A stretch of 64,000 nt of DNA from Vicinamibacteria bacterium. GTDB lineage: Bacteria; Acidobacteriota; Vicinamibacteria; Vicinamibacterales; JAENWD01. Below are positions 38,054-49,989 of this stretch, piece after piece; the stretch's first letter is position 1; every line of letters begins with the position of its first letter. The translations under genes and the position numbers were made by a program. A model generated the notes under the pieces. The model had not been told where the DNA came from. It ran no database searches and saw only the letters and a list, made by a program, of their open reading frames with translations. The DNA lies in contig CAWIMD010000002.1 in assembly GCA_963837165.1 (NCBI GenBank), positions 33,644 through 97,643 on the forward strand, given 5' to 3'.

Positions 38054-40727
38054 GTGCAGTCGTCCCTCCCGCCGGGCACGCGACTCGGGCCGTACGAGAT
38101 CGTCGCCCCGGCCGGGGCCGGCGGCATGGGCCAGGTCTACCGCGCCCGCGACACCCGCCTCGACCGCACGGTCGCCCTCAAGGTCCTGCCGCCCGAGTTC
38201 CGCGCCGACGAGGGCCTGCGGCTGCGCTTCGATCGGGAGGCGCGCACCATCGGCGCGCTGAACCATCCTCACATCTGCGTGCTGCACGACATCGGCGAGC
38301 AGGGCGACATCGCGTACATCGTGATGGAGTTCCTCGAGGGCGAAACGCTCGCCGCGCGCCTCGCGCGGGGCCCGCTGCCGGTCGACGAGGTGATCGACTA
38401 CGCCGTCCAGATGGCCGACGCGCTGGACCGCGCCCACCGGCACGGCGTCATCCACCGCGACCTGAAGCCCGCCAACGTCATGCTCACCCGGAGCGGCGCC
38501 AAGCTGCTCGACTTCGGCCTCGCGCGGCCGTCTGCCGAGCGGTTGTTCGGCGGTGAGACGCAATCGACGGCAGACACGCCCATCACCGCGCAGGGGGCAC
38601 TCCTCGGCACGCTCCAGTACATGTCGCCCGAGCAGCTCGAGGGGAAGCTCGTGGACGCGCGCGCGGATGTCTTCGCCCTCGGCGCCGTCATCTACGAGAT
38701 GGCGACCGGCGAGCGCGCGTTTCCCGGCGGAAGCCGGGCGAGCATCATCGCCTCGATTCTCAACCACCAGCCACCGCCGCCGTCCTCCCGGCAACCGCTC
38801 TCCCCGCCGGCCCTCGACCACATCGTCGCGCGCGCGCTCGCCAAGGACCCGGAGGACCGCTGGCAGACGGCGCGCGACCTCGGCCTGGAGTTGCGGACGC
38901 GCCGGGATGAGCGGACGGACGCGCCGGCGCACCACGGCGCCAGGATGCCGCCGGTCGGCTGGCTGCTGGCGGGCCTGGTTGCGGTGACGGTGATCGGGGC
39001 GTTGCTGGTCTCGCTCTATCAACGCGGTTCGATGGCGCCGGACGCCGCCGTGCGGGCCCTGCTGCCGCCGCCCGAGCACATGCTCTTCCAGCTCACGGGC
39101 GACTTCGGGGGCCCGCCGGCCGTCTCGCCCGACGGCCGTAGCGTCGTGTTCGCCGCCGTCGATCCGCTGGGACGGCGGCAGCTCTGGATCCGGCGCCTCG
39201 ACACGCTCGTCCCCGAGGTGCTGCCCGGCACCGACGATGGCACGTTTCCGTTCTGGGCGCCGACCGGCCAGGCCATCGGCTTCTTCGCGAACGGCCAGCT
39301 GAAGCGGCTCGACCTCTCCGCGAATTCCGCGCTGACGCTGTGCGAGGCGGCCGGCGGCCGCGGCGGATCCTGGAGCGTCCAGGAGGACATCATCTTCTCG
39401 CCCGGGCGTGCGCGGCGGGCTCCAGCGGGTGCCGTCGGGCGGCGGGTCGCCGGTCGAGCTCACCTCGACCGAGCACACGCCCTTTACCAGCCATCGCTGG
39501 CCGCAGGTCCTCCCGGACGGCCGGCACGTCCTGTACCTGGCCACGCAGCAGGAAGAAGGCCGGGACCGGAGCGCTGTGTTCCTGGCCTCGCTGGCCGGCG
39601 GCGAGCCGCGGCAGGTGCTGCGATCGGCGAGCCAGGCGGTGTTCGCGCGCGGGCAGCTGCTGTTCCTGCGCGACCGGACGCTCTGGGCACAGCCCTTCGA
39701 CCCGGAGAGCGCGCGGCTGTCGGGCGCGCCGGTGGCCGTGGCCCGCGACGTGCTCGAGGACCCGACGATCTGGCGCGGGATCTTCACGACGAACGACTCG
39801 GGCGTGCTCGTCTACGACACGGGGCAGGCCGGGACCGCGCTCACCCTGTACGACCGCGAGGGCCACGATCTGGGCCCGGTCGGCGAACGCGGGATCGTGT
39901 TCGACGTGAACGCGTCGCCCGACGGCTCGCGCGTGGCCATCAACCGCGGCGAGCCCGCCGACATCTGGGTGTACGAGCTGGGGCGCGGCACGAGCCTGCG
40001 GCTGACCTTCGACGCGCGCAACGAGACGCTGCCGGTCTGGTCGCCGGACGGGCGGACCCTGGTCTACTCGCGCATCGAATCCGACGGCAGGACGACGGTG
40101 ATGTCGATTCCCGCGGCGGGCGGCGAGCCGCGGCCGCTCGTGCCCCCGGGCGACCTCAGCGTCACGGACTGGTCCCGCGACGGCCGCTATCTGCTGCTGC
40201 GGCAGGGCCCGCTCAGCCTGGGGCCGATCGACATGTACGCGGTGTCGGCTGCCGATCTGTCGAGCCCGCAGCCGCTGCTCCAGACGCCGTTCGTCGAGTA
40301 CCACGCACGGTTCTCGCCGGACGGGCGCTTCGTGAGCTACGTGTCGAACGAGTCGGGACACGACGAGGTGTACGTGATGCGATTCCGCCCGCCCTCGCCG
40401 GCCGTGGCGGCGCCGAAGGTGGCCGGCGGGCGGGTCCGGGTGTCGTTGAACGGCGGCATGCTGCCGCGCTGGCGCGCGAACGGCACGGAGCTCTACTACC
40501 TGGCGCCCGACCTGCAGCTCATGGCCGCGTCGATGGACACCAGCGGCGAGGCGCCGGCCGTCCGCGGCGTGACCGCGCTCTTCGCGGTGAATCCGAAGCC
40601 GGTGGGATGGGTCTACGACGTGCTGCCTGACGGCCAGCGCTTCATCGTGAACTCGGTCGGCGACGAAGGACGGCGGCCGCTCGTGCTGGTCACGGACTGG
40701 GCGCGCGGGCTCGAGTCCGCGCGGTGA
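38054..40727 (+). pseudogene. Ser/Thr protein kinase - TM - TolB-like beta-propeller fusion, interrupted by a +1 frameshift near 39401-39410
   Basis: Kinase motifs are GAGGMGQVYRA, VALK, HRDLKPANV, DFG and SPE, followed by the TM VGWLLAGLVAVTVIGALLV. The propeller blade ...GGSWSVQEDIIFSPG (frame 2) continues as GGLQRVPSGGGSPVELTS (frame 3). The start is GTG. Confidence 0.75.
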
Positions 40728-40996
40728 GATCGCGGAGCAGATCTCTCGCAGAGCACGCAAGAGGGCGAGAGACCGCGGAGGGCCGACACGCTCCGGGAAA
40801 GAAGGGCTGACGAGACAGCTGCCGCGTCGCGGCGAAGCCGCGACGAGGCGAGTGGGCGGCTCCGGGCGAGAAGAAGGGGTCACACGAAACAGCTGCCCTT
40901 CTTCTCCCCGTGACGCCCTCGGCGATCTCTTGCTCTCAGCGATCCCTGCGGGAGATCTGCCCGGCGCTCTCGGCCTCCTCGGCGATCGCCGAGGCG
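40727..40996. repeat. About 270-bp imperfect palindromic (MITE-like) element, copy B
   Basis: Blocks shared with copy A include GCAGATCTCTCGCAGAG, GCGTCGCGGCG-AGCCGCGAC, GGCGAG-GGGCGG, GAAGAAG/CCCTTCTTCT and GCGATCCCTGC. Confidence 0.7.
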
Positions 40997-41770
40997 TCAC
41001 ACACCGGAGGGTTCCTGGCGCGTGACGATGGCCCGGACGTACTCCCGGTTCATCCGGGCGATGCTGGCGATCGAGATGTTCTTCGGGCAGACGGCCTGGC
41101 ACTCGCCCTCGTTCGAGCACATGCCGAAGCCTTCGAGATCCATCTGGTCCACCATGCGGATCACGCGCCGCCGCCGCTCCACCTGGCCCTGCGGCAGGAG
41201 CGCCAGATGGGCGACCTTCGCGCTGGTGAACAGCGCCGCCGAGGCGTTCTTGCAGGCCGCCACGCAGGCCCCGCAGGCGATGCACTGCGCGACGTCCATC
41301 GCCGCTTCGGCCACGGCCCGGCCGATCGGGATCGTGTTGGCCTCCGGTGCCGAGCCGGTGTTCACCGAGACGTAGCCGCCGGCGCCAATGATGCGGTCGA
41401 ACGCGCTCCGGTCCACCACGAGATCCTTGATGACGGGGAACGCGCGCGCGCGCCACGGCTCGACGGTGATCGTCTCGCCGTCCCGGAAGCGCCGCATGTG
41501 CAGCTGGCACACGGTGCCGCCGCGATCCGGGCCGTGCGGCACGCCGTTCACGACGATCCCGCAGGAGCCGCAGATGCCCTCGCGGCAGTCCGAGTCGAAG
41601 GCGATCGGGTCCTGCCCCTGGCGGATCAGCCGGTCGTTGACGACGTCCAGCATCTCGAGGAACGAGACGTCGGTGCTGACGTCGGCCTCGTACCGCTCGA
41701 GCCGCCCGGGCTGATCGGGTCCTGCCTGACGCCACACCCGCAGGTGCACCTTGATTCGCGACGAAGACAT
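40997..41770 (-). CDS. sdhB: Succinate dehydrogenase / fumarate reductase iron-sulfur subunit
   Basis: The Cys clusters are [21 protein letters not shown] and [12 protein letters not shown]. It follows sdhA in the operon. Confidence 0.9.
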   Translation of the reverse strand: MSSSRIKVHLRVWRQAGPDQPGRLERYEADVSTDVSFLEMLDVVNDRLIRQGQDPIAFDSDCREGICGSCGIVVNGVPHGPDRGGTVCQLHMRRFRDGETITVEPWRARAFPVIKDLVVDRSAFDRIIGAGGYVSVNTGSAPEANTIPIGRAVAEAAMDVAQCIACGACVAACKNASAALFTSAKVAHLALLPQGQVERRRRVIRMVDQMDLEGFGMCSNEGECQAVCPKNISIASIARMNREYVRAIVTRQEPSGV

Positions 41771-41847
41771 CTAGCTACTCCGCACCCTGCACTGGGCACT
41801 CCGCACGCACGTTGCACTCCGGCACGCGGCACCCGGCACTCGCCGCT
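41771..41847. repeat. Degenerate 7-nt periodic repeat filling the sdhA-sdhB spacer
   Basis: GCAC recurs on the plus strand at 41782, 41789, 41796, 41803, 41807, 41814, 41822, 41829 and 41836. The minus strand contains GTGCGGA units of the RTGCGGA family. Confidence 0.6.
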
Positions 41848-43761
41848 TCACTTGTAGCTCCTCTGGCTCGGCTTGACGTTCTCCCAGACGAGCGGTTCCT
41901 GATGGAGCGTCGGCGGCTTGCCCACGCCGTCGAACTCCCAGGCGGCGACGTACGAGAAGTGCTCGTCGTCGCGGCGGGCCTCGCCTTCAGGGGTCTGGCT
42001 CTCCTCGCGGAAGTGGCCGCCGCACGACTCGGCGCGGTGCAGCGCGTCCAGGGCGAGCAGCTCGCCGAATTCGAGGTAGTCGGCCACGCGGCCCGCGTAG
42101 TCGAGCGCCTGGTTCATGAACGTCCGCTCGCCGGGCACGGAGACGTGCTGCCAGAACTCCTCGCGGAGGACGCGAATCTTGTCGATGGCGTCCTTCAGGC
42201 CCGCTTCCGTGCGCGACATACCCACGTCGTCCCAGAGGACGGCGCCGACGTCGCGATGGAAGTCGCGGATGGACTTGTTGCCCTTCACCGAGAGGAGCTG
42301 CTCCAGGCGGGCGGTGACCGAGGCCTCGGCCTCCTTGAACGCGTCGTGATCGGTCGAGACGGCGTGGAGCGGGGCGCTGGCGAGGTAGTGGCCGATCGTG
42401 TAGGGAATGACGAAGTAGCCGTCGGCCAGTCCCTGCATCAGCGCGCTGGCCCCGAGGCGGTTGGCGCCGTGGTCCGAGAAGTTGGCCTCGCCCAGGACGT
42501 GCAGACCGGGGAGGTTGCTCATCAGGTTGTAGTCCACCCAGAGCCCGCCCATCGCGTAGTGGATGGCCGGGTAGATGCGCATCGGGACGCGGTACGGGTC
42601 CTCGTCCGTGATCCGGCGATACATGTCGAAGAGGTTGCCGTACCTCGTCCGGATGGTATCCACGCCGAGCCGGCCGATCGCGTCGGCGAAGTCCAGGTAG
42701 ACGGCCAGCCTCGTCTCACCGACGCCGCGGCCCTCGTCGCAGACATCCTTGGCATTGCGCGACGCGACGTCGCGCGGCACGAGGTTGCCGAAGCTCGGGT
42801 ACTTCCGCTCCAGGTAGTAGTCGCGCTCGGCTTCCGGGATCTCGGACGGGCGCCGGCTGTCTCCCGCCTTCTTCGGCACCCACACGCGGCCGTCGTTCCG
42901 CAGCGACTCGCTCATCAGCGTGAGCTTGGACTGCTGCTCGCCGCTCACCGGGATGCAGGTCGGGTGGATCTGCGTGAAGCACGGGTTCGCGAAGAAGGCG
43001 CCGCGCTTGTGGGCGCGCCACGCGGCAGTGACGTTCGAGTTCACCGCGTTGGTGGACAAGTAGTACGCGGTGCCGTAGCCGCCCGTCGCGAGGATCACGG
43101 CGTCGGCGGCGTGCCGCTCGATCCCGCCCGTCACCAGGTTGCGGCAGACGATGCCGCGGGCGCGGCCGTCGATCACGGCCAGGTCCAGCATCTCGCGGCG
43201 CGGGAACATCGTGACCGTGCCGGCCTCGACTTGCCGCATCAGCGCCTGGTAGGCGCCGAGCAGGAGCTGCTGGCCGGTCTGACCACGGGCGTAGAAGGTG
43301 CGCGAGACCTGTGCGCCGCCGAAGGAGCGGTTGTCGAGCAGGCCGCCGTACTCGCGGGCGAACGGCACGCCCTGGGCGACGCACTGGTCGATGATGTTCA
43401 CCGACAGCTGCGCGAGGCGGTAGACGTTGGCCTCGCGCGCGCGGTAGTCGCCGCCCTTGATCGTGTCGTAGAAGAGGCGATAGACGCTGTCGCCGTCGTT
43501 CTTGTAGTTCTTGGCGGCGTTGATGCCGCCCTGGGCGGCGATGCTGTGCGCGCGGCGCGGGCTGTCGTGGATGCAGAAGCTCAGGACGTTGTAGCCCAGC
43601 TCGCCGAGCGAGGCGGCGGCCGACGCGCCGGCCAGGCCCGTGCCCACGACGATGACGGTGTACTTCCGCTTGTTGGCGGGGTTGACCAGCTTGATGTTGA
43701 ACTTGTGCCGGTCCCACTTGTCGGCGAGGGGGCCGGATGGCGCCTTCGAGTCGAGGGTCAT
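41848..43761 (-). CDS. sdhA: Succinate dehydrogenase / fumarate reductase flavoprotein subunit
   Basis: The FAD site is [14 protein letters not shown], with [12 protein letters not shown] (His for covalent FAD) and HYAMGG. The ATG at 43761 overlaps the sdhC stop (ATGA). Confidence 0.92.
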   Translation of the reverse strand: MTLDSKAPSGPLADKWDRHKFNIKLVNPANKRKYTVIVVGTGLAGASAAASLGELGYNVLSFCIHDSPRRAHSIAAQGGINAAKNYKNDGDSVYRLFYDTIKGGDYRAREANVYRLAQLSVNIIDQCVAQGVPFAREYGGLLDNRSFGGAQVSRTFYARGQTGQQLLLGAYQALMRQVEAGTVTMFPRREMLDLAVIDGRARGIVCRNLVTGGIERHAADAVILATGGYGTAYYLSTNAVNSNVTAAWRAHKRGAFFANPCFTQIHPTCIPVSGEQQSKLTLMSESLRNDGRVWVPKKAGDSRRPSEIPEAERDYYLERKYPSFGNLVPRDVASRNAKDVCDEGRGVGETRLAVYLDFADAIGRLGVDTIRTRYGNLFDMYRRITDEDPYRVPMRIYPAIHYAMGGLWVDYNLMSNLPGLHVLGEANFSDHGANRLGASALMQGLADGYFVIPYTIGHYLASAPLHAVSTDHDAFKEAEASVTARLEQLLSVKGNKSIRDFHRDVGAVLWDDVGMSRTEAGLKDAIDKIRVLREEFWQHVSVPGERTFMNQALDYAGRVADYLEFGELLALDALHRAESCGGHFREESQTPEGEARRDDEHFSYVAAWEFDGVGKPPTLHQEPLVWENVKPSQRSYK

Positions 43762-44444
43762 GACCGCGCTCCGAAGAACACCCACAGGGGAATGCTGAGG
43801 AACCCGACCGCGATGATGATTGCCAGCACCCAGCCGGCGACGCGGATCCTCCGCGCCACGCCGGGCGCGCCGGCGCCCAATGACTGGAATGCGCTCGACA
43901 CGCCGTGCCACAGGTGGAAGCCCACGATCACCATGCCGATCTCGTAGAAGACCACCTGGGCGGGGCGGCGGAAGACCTCCACCATCAGCCGGTACAGGTC
44001 GCGGGTGCCCGGGTGCGTCGACGACTGGTACTGCGCGCCGTACTTGAACGTGGCCAGGTGCAGCAGCACGAACACGAACAGGAACGTGCCCGAGAGGATC
44101 ATCGTCGACGAGGCGACGCTCTTGCGACTCGTGTAGTTGGCGCGCTTCTTCACCTCGTAGCCGACCGGCCGCGCCTCATTCGCGCCCAGCCACAGCGCGA
44201 CGGTCTTCACCACGTGCAGGATGAAGAGCGCCGCCAGGCCCAGTTCAGCCGGGATCAGCAACGGGTTGTGAATCAGCTTGTCGCCGTACTCGTTGAACGT
44301 GTCCGGCGAGACGTACACCATCAGGTTGCCGGCCAGGTGCAGCACCAGAAAGCCCACCAGCGACAGGCCGGAGACGGCGATCAGGTACTTGGAGCCGACG
44401 GACGAGGAGAAGAACGACCGGCGCGGGGACATGAGGTCAGCCAA
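43758..44444 (-). CDS. sdhC: Succinate dehydrogenase cytochrome b subunit (b558, five-TM type)
   Basis: A 228-aa polytopic protein with conserved His residues in its TM helices. It is the first gene of sdhCAB. Confidence 0.8.
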   Translation of the reverse strand: MADLMSPRRSFFSSSVGSKYLIAVSGLSLVGFLVLHLAGNLMVYVSPDTFNEYGDKLIHNPLLIPAELGLAALFILHVVKTVALWLGANEARPVGYEVKKRANYTSRKSVASSTMILSGTFLFVFVLLHLATFKYGAQYQSSTHPGTRDLYRLMVEVFRRPAQVVFYEIGMVIVGFHLWHGVSSAFQSLGAGAPGVARRIRVAGWVLAIIIAVGFLSIPLWVFFGARS

Positions 44445-44450
44445 TCGATA

Positions 44451-44480
44451 ATTCTATCGGTCGCCGGCAGCTCAGGGCAA
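44451..44480 (-). promoter_or_regulatory. Candidate sigma70-type promoter of sdhCAB (TTGCCC-18 nt-TAGAAT)
   Basis: Read on the minus strand, the hexamers lie in the only AT-rich patch of the 55-nt gap between the mazF stop and the sdhC start. The -10 element sits in the palindrome CGATAGAATTATCG. Confidence 0.3.
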
Positions 44481-44499
44481 GGACGCCGGGAAGGGTCCG

Positions 44500-44868
44500 T
44501 CACTGAAATGGGCCGAGCCCGAGAAAGAGCGTGAGACCCTGGTCGATATCCTCGAGCTCACGCGGCAGCACGGCTCCGAATATCCGGCGGATGCGACGCT
44601 TGTCGATCGACCGTAGGTGATCGATCAGGGCGTAAGAAGTCCTGGTCAAGCCGCTTGCGCCCGCCGACAGCGCGGGGTAGAGCGCGCCCACGCCAGCCGT
44701 GCCGGTCACCGGCACAACCGCCATGAGAGCAAAGCGCTGATCGGCGTTCACTTCCGGATCGCTGACCACGACGCTGGGGCGCGTGCCGCGCTGCTCGTGG
44801 CCGACGGTGGGATCCAGTTCCACGAGGACGACCGTACCGCGCTCGATTCTCACGTTACCGTCACCCAA
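44500..44868 (-). CDS. mazF: Type II toxin, PemK/MazF-family endoribonuclease
   Basis: RGTVVLVELDPTVGHEQRGTRPSVVVS is the family signature. The track start is a TTG. The GTG at 44853, which overlaps the antitoxin stop (GTGA), may be the real start. Confidence 0.85.
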   Translation of the reverse strand: MGDGNVRIERGTVVLVELDPTVGHEQRGTRPSVVVSDPEVNADQRFALMAVVPVTGTAGVGALYPALSAGASGLTRTSYALIDHLRSIDKRRIRRIFGAVLPRELEDIDQGLTLFLGLGPFQ

Positions 44869-45149
44869 CCCCTGCCCTCGACCCAGCGCACTGCAGTCCC
44901 GCCAGCGGTGTCGACAAGGGTGTCGTCAACAGGCAAGTCTGCGGTCCAGTCGCCGAGGTCGGCGTCGGCCAGCTCCGCGGTCTCGGGATGCGGATGGCGC
45001 AGCGAACTCAGGAGGGCAGCCCGGCGTCTTCGCGTCAGCTCGCGCTCGACCGCCTCGGCTATGAAGCGGCTCCGGTTTCGCTCGATCCTGTCGATTCGCT
45101 GGACCAGGTCAGCGGAGAGGGTGACGGTGACCCGCTCAGTCGTGCCCAC
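44850..45149 (-). CDS. Ribbon-helix-helix (CopG/MazE-like) antitoxin
   Basis: ERVTVTLSADLVQRIDRIERNRSRFIAEAVEREL is an RHH fold pattern. A GTG start is inferred at 45149. The track ORF 44850..45560 is over-extended. Confidence 0.7.
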   Translation of the reverse strand: MGTTERVTVTLSADLVQRIDRIERNRSRFIAEAVERELTRRRRAALLSSLRHPHPETAELADADLGDWTADLPVDDTLVDTAGGTAVRWVEGRGWVTVT

Positions 45150-45167
45150 GGTCAGAGTATGACGAAT

Positions 45168-45181
45168 AATATGATCATATT
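45168..45181. promoter_or_regulatory. Perfect 14-bp palindrome AATATGATCATATT, candidate operator/-10 region of the mazEF-like operon
   Basis: It is an AT-rich palindrome 19 nt upstream of the inferred antitoxin start. RHH antitoxins typically autoregulate through such sites. Confidence 0.4.
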
Positions 45182-45253
45182 CAAGCCGGATCGGCTCTGC
45201 CAGGGCGACCGTTGGCTGGTCAGCTGCCCGGGGGATCGTCTGACGCGGCCGGT

Positions 45254-45568
45254 TCAGGGCTGGCGCTCGAACACGACGGTCTTGGCCGCGAGATTCACCA
45301 CCGCGGCGCGGCCGGCCAGCGTCCACGCCGCCGACTGCGCCGAAGGCGAGGCGGGTGTGTCCCACCACTCCGGCTCGTGCCACGCCGCCGCCGGCAGGGC
45401 CGATCCCAGAAGGTCCTGAATCTCCGACAACCTCAGGACCACCCGGCTGGCGTACCGACCGCTCAGATACGCGTGCAGCCGCTGGTACTCGCCCACGTGA
45501 ACCGGACGGTCCGCGGGCGGCGCGCCGCGGCTCCGGCGCATCCAGTTCGTGAGGTACCACCGGAACAT
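45254..45568 (-). CDS. Small hypothetical protein with LSEIQDLLGSALPAAAWHEPEWW motif
   Basis: The start is taken at MFRWYL because the upstream part of the track ORF overlaps groEL. The motif class is xxEIxxLLGxxLPxxAxxxxxWW. Confidence 0.55.
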   Translation of the reverse strand: MFRWYLTNWMRRSRGAPPADRPVHVGEYQRLHAYLSGRYASRVVLRLSEIQDLLGSALPAAAWHEPEWWDTPASPSAQSAAWTLAGRAAVVNLAAKTVVFERQP

Positions 45569-45588
45569 CGGCGCGGCCTCCGGCCGCT

Positions 45589-47156
<1,568 letters not shown>

Positions 47157-47157
<1 letters not shown>

Positions 47158-47453
47158 CAGGCGCTCCTGTCCTGGACGGCCAGGACGTCCTCTTCCTTCA
47201 TGATCAGGTACTCCGTCCCCTCGAGGGTGACCTCCTGGCCGGAGTACTTGCCGAAGAGGATGGTGTCGCCGGCCAGGACATCCAGCGGCACGCGGGCGCC
47301 GTCCTTGGTGGTCCTGCCGAGGCCGACGGCGAGAACACGGCCCTGCTGCGGCTTCTCCCTGGCGGAGTCCGGAATGACGAGCGCCCCGGGGCGCTCGTCC
47401 GTATGTTCGAGACGTTGCACGACGAGGCGATCGTGGAGCGGTCTGATGTCCAT
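47157..47453 (-). CDS. groES: Co-chaperonin GroES
   Basis: A 98-aa protein reading [12 protein letters not shown]...GRVLAVG.G....G...P.DV..GD.ILF.KY.G.EV. Confidence 0.95.
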
Positions 47454-47593
47454 GGTCCTGGCTCCCTGCTAGAAAGTGAATGCGGACGCCGCCCCAGAAC
47501 TGGTGGTTGTTCCGGACGTCATGCACCGAGTCTAGGCGGCAGGCCTGGAAAGGCGCTGTACAGAAGGGGACACCGGCGCTGGAGCCGCTGCCT

Positions 47594-48937
47594 TCAGCGG
47601 CAATCGCACACGGCCTGGAGGGACGTGAGCGCCGCCCTGGTCCTCGTCGCGCGCTGCCGCTGTCGGGCGGTCCGGCCGGGGGAGGGGCCGGCGACGCCAT
47701 AGAACGCGGCCACGTTGCGGGCCAGCGCTACCGGCACGTCCGTGAATCTGTGGTCGGCCAGCGTGTCCAGCAGTTCCTCGTAGGTGGCGTCGGCCAGCGC
47801 GTACTCGCCGTATGACGCCGTCTGCCCGGTGTCGAGATCGACGTCGGGCAGGTGCCATTCCGCATCGCGCGACTCGACCAGCAGATCGCGGAAATGTTCG
47901 CGGGTCGCCGTGAAGCTCTGCAGGAACAAGCGCTCCGCCTCGGGCGTCGGCACCGAGAAGCGCAGGGAACGGAACGGACCGATCTTCGGAATGAGCCTGT
48001 AGATGAAGCCCAGGAACCTCGCGAACCCGTGCGGCTTCGCGTAGTCGGCGCCGAACTGGCGGTCGTATTCGCGTCGCGTCAGATGGAACACGAACGTTTC
48101 GCGCTGCCGGCCGGGCGACACCTTCAGGATCTCCTCGCGCTTCTTGCTCCAGGCCACCTTGGTCATCCCCGGAATCGTCGTCCCCACCGCGTGACGGTAG
48201 CTGGCAATCGCCAGATCCTCGCTCAGGAAGACGTCCTTCATCTCGAGGCCGTAGACCTCGCTGAATGCCCGTTCCAGAGCCGCCTTCGAGACATTGAAGC
48301 CGATGTAGCTGTGGTACGCCTCGGGCGCGTAGGCGCCGGCCGCCACCTGCACGACGTCGAAGGAGAACTCGACGAGCACGTGGCTCGTGGGCGACTGCTC
48401 GTAGGTGACCGTGCTGCCGAACTTCCTCGCGAGCTTCGGGTACATCAGCGGCACCGCGCGATTGACCCCCAGCGGATGGCCGCTGCTGTCGGCGGCGTAG
48501 TGGCCAAGGGCGCCGAGCGCGAAGGCGTACTCGTTCACGTCCTGCGAATCGCGCAACAGGGCCTCGACGAAGTCGCCGGTGCGCACGTAATGCAGCAGGT
48601 TGCTGAAGAAGTGGCTGCCGAACGGGTAGTAGCCCAGGTCCTGGATGACCGATCCGCCGTAGGCGTAGGCGCGGGCGTCCATCAACTGCTCGGGGGTGGT
48701 CTCGGGAAACCGCGCCAGCAGCAGCGGTGCGATCGCGCCGATCCACAGCGCATCGATGTTCGCCTCGTGGGCGAGGACCGAGTAGGCTCCGGCGGATCTG
48801 GGCACCACGAGGCCGGTGAGCACCGCGGCCGTCACGAAAACGATGCCGAACAGCCGCCGGGCCCCGGCGGCCGCCCGTCCGCGCCGGCACGTTCCGCTCC
48901 GCGCCCGGTCCTCGGCTTCACTCCTGCTGGCGGGCAT
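47594..48937 (-). CDS. Zinc-dependent phospholipase C-family protein (putative), N-terminal TM/signal
   Basis: [14 protein letters not shown]...[30 protein letters not shown]...[15 protein letters not shown] has the His-rich pattern of the family. The start is chosen at MPASRS. The track ORF extends to 49189. Confidence 0.55.
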   Translation of the reverse strand: MPASRSEAEDRARSGTCRRGRAAAGARRLFGIVFVTAAVLTGLVVPRSAGAYSVLAHEANIDALWIGAIAPLLLARFPETTPEQLMDARAYAYGGSVIQDLGYYPFGSHFFSNLLHYVRTGDFVEALLRDSQDVNEYAFALGALGHYAADSSGHPLGVNRAVPLMYPKLARKFGSTVTYEQSPTSHVLVEFSFDVVQVAAGAYAPEAYHSYIGFNVSKAALERAFSEVYGLEMKDVFLSEDLAIASYRHAVGTTIPGMTKVAWSKKREEILKVSPGRQRETFVFHLTRREYDRQFGADYAKPHGFARFLGFIYRLIPKIGPFRSLRFSVPTPEAERLFLQSFTATREHFRDLLVESRDAEWHLPDVDLDTGQTASYGEYALADATYEELLDTLADHRFTDVPVALARNVAAFYGVAGPSPGRTARQRQRATRTRAALTSLQAVCDCR

Positions 48938-49035
48938 CTCGCCGAAGCGTGCCAGATCGCGGACCGCGCGGCTGTCCAGAACGGAACACGTCGGGCTCCT
49001 GGGTTCGGCCATACTCAGACGACCCTGGAGGAGCA

Positions 49036-49971
49036 TTGTCGGAAACACAAGACCGACAGCCCGCGGCACTGGCGGGTACACGTCGAGCATCGGTCCGGCC
49101 CGGAGCGCCGGGGCTCTGCGCGGCACTGGCCCTGGCCGCGGCGGGCCTGGGCGCGACCCCCGGCCAGAAGGCTGCCGGGCCTCTCCCATCCGGGCGCGTC
49201 GCTGGCGTCGGTATCCTGGCGGGGGCCACGCTCACCGACGCGAAGCACCTCTTCTACAACGCCCGCTACGAGGCGGCGGCCGACCTCACGCTGGTCCTCC
49301 GGCGCTCGGCGAGCCAGGACCTGGCGAACGATGAGCTGCGCTCCTCGGCGCTGCTGTTTCAACTGAAGGCCCTGCTCGAGACGCCCGGCGACAAGGAAGG
49401 GCACAGGAAGGACGCGCTCGAGAACTGCGCGACCTGCCCCGCTCTGATGAAGGCCTTCTTCGAGGACGTCACCCACGGCCAGACGCTGGCCCGGGCGGCG
49501 CTCCGCGCCAACCCCGACGATGACGTCGCGCTGTTCTACCTGGGCAAGCTGGACCTGAACTACGTCTGGCTGCAACTCGGCCCGCTGCGGCGCAGGACCG
49601 GCTGGAACGAATACTGGGAAGCCAGGCGGTCGCTCGACGCGGTTCTCGAGAAGGATCCGCGCCACGTGCGCGCCCTGGTCGCGCGCGCCTGGATCGACTA
49701 CATCGTCGACACCAAGATGCCGTGGGGTACTCGATGGATTCTCGGCGGCGGCAGCCGCAAGCGGGCGCTGGTCGCGGTCGGTAAGGCCGACGCGATCGAC
49801 TCCTCGTTCTACGCTCACACCGAAGCCGAGTTCGCGCTGTGGGACATGCGGGTGCGTGAGGGCGACGTGGCCGGCGCCACCGAGGTCGCCCGCCGGCTCG
49901 CCGGCGCGTTCCCCGAGAACAAAGAGGTCGCCAGTTACCTGGAGTCGCAGGAGAAGAACGTCCGGCGCTGA
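49036..49971 (+). CDS. Hypothetical exported helical-repeat protein
   Basis: A TTG start is inferred 5 nt after the RBS GGAGG. The signal-like segment is GLCAALALAAAGLGA and the body is all-alpha and TPR-like. Confidence 0.5.
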   Translation: MSETQDRQPAALAGTRRASVRPGAPGLCAALALAAAGLGATPGQKAAGPLPSGRVAGVGILAGATLTDAKHLFYNARYEAAADLTLVLRRSASQDLANDELRSSALLFQLKALLETPGDKEGHRKDALENCATCPALMKAFFEDVTHGQTLARAALRANPDDDVALFYLGKLDLNYVWLQLGPLRRRTGWNEYWEARRSLDAVLEKDPRHVRALVARAWIDYIVDTKMPWGTRWILGGGSRKRALVAVGKADAIDSSFYAHTEAEFALWDMRVREGDVAGATEVARRLAGAFPENKEVASYLESQEKNVRR

Positions 49972-49989
49972 GCGGTGCCGGGAGCCGGG

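Noticed and set aside
47454-47593. A CIRCE element (TTAGCACTC-N9-GAGTGCTAA) or other heat-shock operator upstream of groES.
   Set aside because: I read both strands and saw no match to the CIRCE half-sites. No regulatory call is made.
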